Shown piece after piece: positions 7,296 through 12,509 of a stretch of 12,509 bases of DNA. The stretch is from Pseudomonadota bacterium. Its GTDB lineage: Bacteria > Bdellovibrionota_B > Oligoflexia > Oligoflexales > CAIMVM01. Made by a program: the position numbers and the translations under genes. The DNA lies in the NCBI GenBank assembly GCA_037142195.1, contig JBAXBA010000098.1, positions 1 through 12,509 of the forward strand. The letters run 5' to 3'. The notes below the pieces were generated by a model. It was not told the DNA's origin and searched no databases. It saw only the letters and a list, made by a program, of their open reading frames with translations. How positions within the stretch are numbered: position 1 is the stretch's first letter; each line of letters opens with the position of its first letter.

Positions 7296-8000
7296 ATGCG
7301 CACGTTGCCGTTGGGGTTTATTCTTACTGCTGTGATTGTGTATCTTTCCTTGGGGAAAGAGTCGTTAGCACTTTATGCCAATTATCATGCACTCATAATT
7401 GTTGTAGGTGGAACCTTAACTATTCTTTTGATGTCCTCACCAGCCGAGACGCTTCGCCGATTGGTTACTGCTTCTGGTGATCTTTTCAAATCGCCTCAGA
7501 AGTTCGAACACTTTCGGGGAGAGTTTCAAGAGTTAACCCAGCGTCGAAGTCTATCAAGCAAATCAAAGAACGAGTTAATCAATTACTCGGTGGAGCTGTG
7601 GGCGAGCGGCGTTGAGGCAGATCTCTTTATTGTGCTCGTTTCGCAACGCCGAGAAGAGTTAGAACGTGGTTATATTGAAGCGGTGCAGACTCTTCGAAAT
7701 CTTGCCAAATACCCTCCGGCACTAGGAATGACGGGTACAGTGATGGGATTAGTCTCCTTATTTTCAGTGCTCGGCACGAATCAGGCGGGCTTGGGCCCAG
7801 CTCTAGCGCTTGCTATGACCGCCACTTTTATGGGCTTAATTGTAGCAAACTGTGTGGTCACACCTTTGGCAGACCATCTGCACATTAAACATATGCAAAA
7901 TGAAAGACTCTACACGGGCATTTTTCAAATTCTCATCCTTATTAACCGAGGCGAGGCTTCTGCCCTCATAAAAGACGAGGTGGAAAGCCGTGCAGCCTAG
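7296..8000 (+). CDS. motA: Stator A subunit, MotA/PomA family (234 aa)
   Basis: AAGGAG SD. Four TM segments with N.HALIIVVGGT, YPPALGMTGTVMGL and LGPALALAMTATFMG..ANCVVTPLA motifs. Confidence 0.92.
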   Translation: MRTLPLGFILTAVIVYLSLGKESLALYANYHALIIVVGGTLTILLMSSPAETLRRLVTASGDLFKSPQKFEHFRGEFQELTQRRSLSSKSKNELINYSVELWASGVEADLFIVLVSQRREELERGYIEAVQTLRNLAKYPPALGMTGTVMGLVSLFSVLGTNQAGLGPALALAMTATFMGLIVANCVVTPLADHLHIKHMQNERLYTGIFQILILINRGEASALIKDEVESRAA

Positions 8001-8775
8001 GCTACCAAAGAACAAAGAAGTCAGGCACTTGCGGATGGAGCGTAAGCCTAGTACTCAGCTTGCCGCAGACGATGGGCAAAACTGGGCGGTTTCCTACGCC
8101 GATATGCTTATGGTGCTCATGAGCTTTTTCGTTATCTTCTTTTCGTTTGAAGGAAAACAAAAGGAGAGTTTGTTATCTAAGCTTTCCATTGAGATGCAGG
8201 CTAAATCAAGTAAAGCAATAGTTAATGCCTCGCAGAGTTCCGAAAACACTGTTGGTGAAAAGGGTGGTTCCAACGGAGTCGCCAGGCAGCAGGCGGGCAT
8301 CTCGTCCATGGGGGAACAAACCTCTCAGCAGTCAACTCAGCAACAAGCAGAGAAAACCGATGAAATTATGAACTTAATATCTACAGAACTCGAAAAAAGA
8401 CTCTTCACGGTCTCTAAAGAGGCAAACATTGAGCAGCTCACCGTTCATCTTTCCGATCAAATTTACGGTCTGCGCCAGTTCGCTCTAAATCCCAAACTCG
8501 AAAAGGAACTGAATGAGGTATTAGAGATTGTTAGGCCACACAAAGATAAGGTGCGCATTATATTTATCGGTCACTCCGACTCATTGCCTCTTTCGGCCCC
8601 AGATTCTCACCTCGCCAACAATCTCGATTTGAGCTCTCTCAGAGCCTCAAGAGCGATTTCGTATGCAACTAGCCAGGGTTTTGATGTTCGCTATCTCTCA
8701 ATCGCGGCAGCTGCTGAAAACATGAGAAACAGCCGCAGCCTCTCCCTAAAAATTGTTCCTAATAATTCAAAGTAG
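7990..8775 (+). CDS. motB: Stator B subunit, MotB family, with OmpA-like peptidoglycan-binding domain (up to 261 aa)
   Basis: WAVSYADMLMVLMSFFVIFFS contains the conserved ion-binding Asp. GHSD and NLDLSSLRA motifs of the OmpA-like domain are present. Overlaps the motA stop; ATG 8035 is an alternative start. Confidence 0.92.
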   Translation: MQPRLPKNKEVRHLRMERKPSTQLAADDGQNWAVSYADMLMVLMSFFVIFFSFEGKQKESLLSKLSIEMQAKSSKAIVNASQSSENTVGEKGGSNGVARQQAGISSMGEQTSQQSTQQQAEKTDEIMNLISTELEKRLFTVSKEANIEQLTVHLSDQIYGLRQFALNPKLEKELNEVLEIVRPHKDKVRIIFIGHSDSLPLSAPDSHLANNLDLSSLRASRAISYATSQGFDVRYLSIAAAAENMRNSRSLSLKIVPNNSK

Positions 8776-8969
8776 ACAGCAATAGCTTTGCCTAAGTTCT
8801 TGGTTAAGTGAGTAGATTTCTCCGATCTCTCTGGGAAACCGCTTCTCGTGAGTAGACCACGGTTGCTTCCCCCTCGGCCCCTCTCAAAACGTAGCGGGAA
8901 TCTCTCGATTGGAGTTTCTCATAATTTAAAGAGCCAAAGGACGAATTGGTAGGGAGGAGCGGTTATCTA

Positions 8970-8978
8970 TGGTAGACT
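8970..8978 (+). promoter_or_regulatory. Possible extended -10 promoter (TG-G-TAGACT) for the methyltransferase gene
   Basis: TGnTAGACT lies ~100 nt upstream of ATG 9078; no clear -35. Confidence 0.25.
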
Positions 8979-9077
8979 AGGCATTGCCCTAGAAAGCCCT
9001 CGCTATTTGAAGCTCGGGTGAGTGTTGGCTTTAGATTGGAATTACGTCCCTAAACTTTATTGCTCGAGTGAAAGACC

Positions 9078-10403
9078 ATGACGATGACTACAAACGCCAT
9101 CAATGACTCCCTCAAAAGCTTTTATACAAGGCATCCCTATCCACGCTACCCCCTGGTGGGTCGACCCATTTGGGAAAACGGCATCATGACTGCGCCTTTC
9201 TATGTTAGAAAGGTCGCTCATCCCGAGGAAGACATGCCTAAACAAGCTCGAGTTCTGGTTATGGGATGTGGCGAAGTGCTTCCTTATGTGCTGTCAAAAT
9301 GGGATCAGAATAGCATCTTTGATTTTGTGGATATTTCTCAGCGCTCCCTATCAAGGGCCAAATGGCGTATTGGGATTCGAAAAGACCGTCTTAAATTTCA
9401 TTGTTCTGACATCGATAGTTTTTTAAAGGCCCAGCCCTCTTATACCTATGAACACATAGACTCCATTGGAGTCCTTCATCACTTAGCGAACCCTTCTGAT
9501 ACTTTAACTCAGCTAGTTAGAGTTTTAAAACCTGGGGGAACTTTAAGGCTCATGGTTTACAACTCCCATGCTAGAGCCTGGATACGACACTTTCAAAAGA
9601 TATTTAAGCTCCTAGGTTTTTCTCCGTTTAAGAAACGTGACATTGAACAGAGCACGATTCTGGTGCGCTCCACGATCGGTATCCTCGGTCGCAGAGATTG
9701 GGCTTTTGCCTTAAAACCTATTTTTAAAAATCCCACTCGTTTTGCGGATACTTTTTTAAATGTGCGAGAAGCCAATCTCTCGATGGAATGGTGGATGACT
9801 CGAATAGCAGCAAGCGGTCTTGAGATCATTTCCCTACTAGATCGTTATGGGGAACTCGACGATTTACCGAATCCAGCCTGGCAACCTCCAAGCCTAGATC
9901 AGCTTAAGGAAAGAGCCTTAGATAAGCGTTTTGAAAACAACTTAGAATTGATTTTAAAAAAGCCCGGCACCCCATCAAACTTGGATGACACCGTGGGCAA
10001 GCTCCCCTTTAAGATGAACAGGCACATTGTCAGACACCCACTCTGGTTTAATTTTAAAGAGACAGCTGGGCTCAGCCAAAGAGACCGACAGTTTCTGATG
10101 CAAGGCTTGATCTCCTACTTGACCGATGGCACACCCACTAAAGACCTTGTGACAAGACTGCCCCTAGAGGCCCTGCAAAGACTTGCTCGACTTGGAGCGA
10201 TTTTACCCGGAATGGTAGACGGAAAAGACCATCTCGCACAACTCATGGCCCCTATGTCAGGCTCTATGGAGATCCCCCATTACGACACTTTCAAAGCTGA
10301 GCAACATCTCAATCTACTTAAAGTCTTTGAACAGGATCTTCAAAAAGATCCCGACAAAGACAAAAAGTTACACCTTATCGCCAAACATCTGGAACGAATT
10401 TAA
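9078..10403 (+). CDS. Class I SAM-dependent methyltransferase with an unassigned C-terminal region (441 aa)
   Basis: FY..HPYP N-terminal motif, motif I VLVMGCGE, VDISQRSL..A, DSIGVLHHL and LKPGG. Confidence 0.85.
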   Translation: MTMTTNAINDSLKSFYTRHPYPRYPLVGRPIWENGIMTAPFYVRKVAHPEEDMPKQARVLVMGCGEVLPYVLSKWDQNSIFDFVDISQRSLSRAKWRIGIRKDRLKFHCSDIDSFLKAQPSYTYEHIDSIGVLHHLANPSDTLTQLVRVLKPGGTLRLMVYNSHARAWIRHFQKIFKLLGFSPFKKRDIEQSTILVRSTIGILGRRDWAFALKPIFKNPTRFADTFLNVREANLSMEWWMTRIAASGLEIISLLDRYGELDDLPNPAWQPPSLDQLKERALDKRFENNLELILKKPGTPSNLDDTVGKLPFKMNRHIVRHPLWFNFKETAGLSQRDRQFLMQGLISYLTDGTPTKDLVTRLPLEALQRLARLGAILPGMVDGKDHLAQLMAPMSGSMEIPHYDTFKAEQHLNLLKVFEQDLQKDPDKDKKLHLIAKHLERI

Positions 10404-11083
10404 TCTTTCAAGAGATCGGGGCGTTTAAGACGGGTGCGAATGCGGGATTGATGGGAACGCCACTCTGCAATCTTTTCATGGTTTCCACTCAAAAGCACCG
10501 CAGGAACTTCTATATCTTCAAATGTTTGTGGCCGGGTATAGAGCGGATATTCCAGCATTCCACCTAGACTCTCGGAGAAAGAATCTTGTTGGGCGCTTTC
10601 TAAATTGCCCAAGACTCCAGGTATCAGTCGAAGAATGGAATCAACCATACTAAGTGCCGCCAGCTCACCGCCCGAAAGAATATAATCCCCCAGTGAAAAT
10701 TCCTCGGTAACGTATTTATCGACAAATCTTTGATCCATTCCCCCAAATCGCCCACAAACAAAAGTCAAGCTCCCCCCCTCGCTTGCAAGCTTTAAGGCTT
10801 CCTTTTGACTCCAAGGGGTTCCTGTCGGAGTGAGGGCAATCACGCGATCGGTCGGAAAAGCATTTACGGCATCTCGCAAAGGCTCAGGCCTAAGCACCAT
10901 ACCATCGCCACCACCATAGGGGTGATCATCAACACTTCCATGCTTATCAACGGCATAGTCACGAAGGTCAATAGCTTGGAAGTGAGCCAAATCTTTCTTC
11001 AGAGCCGCTTGAAACACTCCAAACTTAAAGTAGCTTTCGATAAACTCGGGGTGAACCGTAATAAACTGAAACCTAGGCTTCAT
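10400..11083 (-). CDS. trmD: tRNA (guanine37-N1)-methyltransferase
   Basis: VDDHPYGGGDGMVL, CGRFGGMDQR, SLGDYILSGGE, LEYPLYTRP and VPAVLLSGNH motifs; synteny with rimM. Confidence 0.98.
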   Translation of the reverse strand: MKPRFQFITVHPEFIESYFKFGVFQAALKKDLAHFQAIDLRDYAVDKHGSVDDHPYGGGDGMVLRPEPLRDAVNAFPTDRVIALTPTGTPWSQKEALKLASEGGSLTFVCGRFGGMDQRFVDKYVTEEFSLGDYILSGGELAALSMVDSILRLIPGVLGNLESAQQDSFSESLGGMLEYPLYTRPQTFEDIEVPAVLLSGNHEKIAEWRSHQSRIRTRLKRPDLLKD

Positions 11084-11609
11084 GGTTCTCCTCCCAAAGA
11101 TCTGTAAAAAAGTCTAAGTCTTGTTTGACTTCTAGGCGCTCGGGGTTGAGGGGAAATTTAAAATAGTCTTCTATGAGAGGAAGTGAAAGACGCTTTTTAT
11201 CCCTTACAATTTCTACAATATCACTCGCGCCATAATTAGCGATCTCTGAAATCTGACCTAATGGGAGTTGATCACTTGTAAAAACCACGGACCCTTCCAA
11301 ATCAATCCAAAGACACTCGTCATCCTCGAGAGGGAGTTGTGCTCTTTCGATCCAAATATCTTGATGCAGAAGAGCCTCAGCTCTTTCACGGGTATCAATG
11401 GATTCGACTTCGAGAATCGACCTTTCACTCTGCCATTTCACTGCTTTTACCGAAAGAAAACGACCTGACTCGGGATGGGATCCTATGTAGACTTTATCCA
11501 CATCGGGTAACCCCTCATCGCGACCAGATACAAAAAAAGCCCCTTTTAAACCGTGAGCTTTTCCCACTTTTCCCAGTTGGATGTATTTCTTAGAGGACAT
11601 CAGGTTCAT
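11073..11609 (-). CDS. rimM: 16S rRNA processing protein RimM
   Basis: GKVGKAHGLKG, IDTRERAEAL, WIDLEG and YGASDI motifs; lies between rpsP and trmD. The start may be ATG 11600. Confidence 0.96.
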   Translation of the reverse strand: MNLMSSKKYIQLGKVGKAHGLKGAFFVSGRDEGLPDVDKVYIGSHPESGRFLSVKAVKWQSERSILEVESIDTRERAEALLHQDIWIERAQLPLEDDECLWIDLEGSVVFTSDQLPLGQISEIANYGASDIVEIVRDKKRLSLPLIEDYFKFPLNPERLEVKQDLDFFTDLWEENHEA

Positions 11610-11633
11610 TCTTTCCGAACATGGAGGTGATTT

Positions 11634-11669
11634 AAAAAAATCCCGAGTAGGCTTTACCAGACTCGGGAT
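11634..11669 (-). terminator. Intrinsic terminator between rpsP and rimM
   Basis: Minus strand ATCCCGAGT-N12-ACTCGGGAT is followed by a T-run (A7 at 11634-11640 on the + strand). Confidence 0.8.
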
Positions 11670-11702
11670 GGATAATTAGGTGGCTACTTGCTTCTAGCTT
11701 TA

Positions 11703-11750
11703 CTTGAAACTCTTCTTAAAATTCTACTTAAAATTCTACTTAAAATTCTA
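11703..11750. repeat. 12-bp tandem repeat cttaaaattcta x3 plus one degenerate copy
   Basis: Exact copies at 11715, 11727 and 11739; cttgaaactctt at 11703. Confidence 0.9.
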
Positions 11751-11795
11751 AAAGTTCTCAGCAGATTTCGATTTAAGTTTGCTCCTGACCTTCAA

Positions 11796-12056
11796 TTACT
11801 TAGTAATTTCTCGGGACAGGGAAATCTTCTGGATTTTTGCTAGTTTTTCAACTGTCTCGGAAAGTTGAGCGCCCTTGCTAAACCAGTGTTGAATGCGGTC
11901 TGCTTTAAGAACGATCGTGGATTGTGCGAGAGCTGGATCATAATAACCAACCTTCTCGATAAATCGTCCGTCTCGTCCCGATCTCTTATCTGTAACAACT
12001 ACATGATAAAAGGGAGCGTGAATTCTTCCTTTGCGTGCAAGTCTGATAGTAACCAT
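11796..12056 (-). CDS. rpsP: 30S ribosomal protein S16
   Basis: MVTIRLARKG...PFYHVVVTDKRSGRDGRFIEKVGYYDP and W..KGAQLSETV motifs; AGGAG SD. Confidence 0.99.
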   Translation of the reverse strand: MVTIRLARKGRIHAPFYHVVVTDKRSGRDGRFIEKVGYYDPALAQSTIVLKADRIQHWFSKGAQLSETVEKLAKIQKISLSREITK

Positions 12057-12421
12057 GAATAGAAACTCCTAGGTTTCGATGAAATTAAATTTTTTACCAC
12101 ATAAAACGCCGCTTCCGGGCAGGTCGTAACTGCCTGAAACCTTGAGGAGGCTGAGGTATCCCCTTCAAGAGGGATTTCTATAACACAGTCCATGGGGGCA
12201 TGCCAGCATTTTCAGCGCTGCTCGCACGGGACCTTCACGAAAACCATGCCGCCTAAGATCTCAAAGAGGGAGCTGCCACTTAAATAAGCCAAGTCTCAAT
12301 TGCCTGATTTGCCATGGCGCGCTATAGGCGCAAGGCCCCAGAACTTCCGGTGTTTTTTATAGTCCTTTGACTCACCTAAGACTCAAAGCCCGCACCCTCC
12401 TTGATCCTACAGGTCATCGCC

Positions 12422-12450
12422 TTGAACCTTTAGCCGTCTCCATGTATGAT
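12422..12450 (+). promoter_or_regulatory. Candidate sigma-70 promoter pointing out of the window
   Basis: TTGAAC-N17-TATGAT, divergent from rpsP. Confidence 0.45.
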
Positions 12451-12509
12451 TCCATTAGGGCTGAAACAGTAGGTCGAAAACTTATGCAAACTTGATCACT
12501 CGCCTTGTA

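Noticed and set aside
7037..7303. 88-aa minus-strand ORF ending in a Cys cluster (CVSCDCHFC)
   Set aside because: It overlaps both flanking starts and both candidate promoters; the Cys residues come from an alternative frame of the lipoprotein signal peptide.
7296..8775. motAB as Zorya zorAB, exbBD or tolQR
   Set aside because: The A subunit has four TMs and no long ZorA tail, the B subunit has MotB-type TM and OmpA-like motifs, and no zorC/D/E, tonB or tolA-like gene is adjacent.
8776..9077. 302-bp spacer as an ncRNA, tRNA or island attachment site
   Set aside because: No cloverleaf, recognisable RNA motif, direct repeat or integrase was seen.
2906..12062. Remaining short track ORFs nested in or antisense to assigned genes
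   Set aside because: They overlap better-supported CDSs almost entirely and show no motifs.
12057..12509. SRP RNA or a coding region upstream of rpsP (including ORF 11999-12193)
   Set aside because: No SRP helix-8 CAGG..GGAA..AGCAG motif was found on either strand; the ORF overlaps rpsP and has no recognisable features.

Overview
Bacterial chromosomal DNA, most plausibly from a Bdellovibrionota/Oligoflexia-like diderm (inferred from gene style only). Right end (10400-12056): housekeeping rpsP-rimM-trmD on the minus strand, with no rplS after trmD, converging on a class I SAM methyltransferase (9078-10403). The left 8.8 kb is an envelope/motor locus. A stand-alone motA-motB pair (7296-8775, +) is transcribed divergently from a minus-strand series: TPR lipoprotein, a 539-aa single-pass protein that by manual alignment joins a periplasmic FliF-like ring-building domain to cytoplasmic FliG-like domains, a small outer-membrane beta-barrel, a membrane-anchored metzincin-like protein lacking the catalytic Glu, and a >924-aa Ig-repeat lipoprotein. 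That last gene is absent from the ORF track because it runs off the window edge; it carries near-identical 870-bp tandem repeats. Sigma-28 (FliA)-like promoters precede motA, the TPR lipoprotein operon and probably the adhesin. No other flagellar gene is in the window. The best candidate for an undescribed system is a self-contained MotAB stator plus fused FliF/FliG-like rotor coupled to an outer-membrane barrel and a surface adhesin. All domain calls are by eye and need HMM or structure confirmation.
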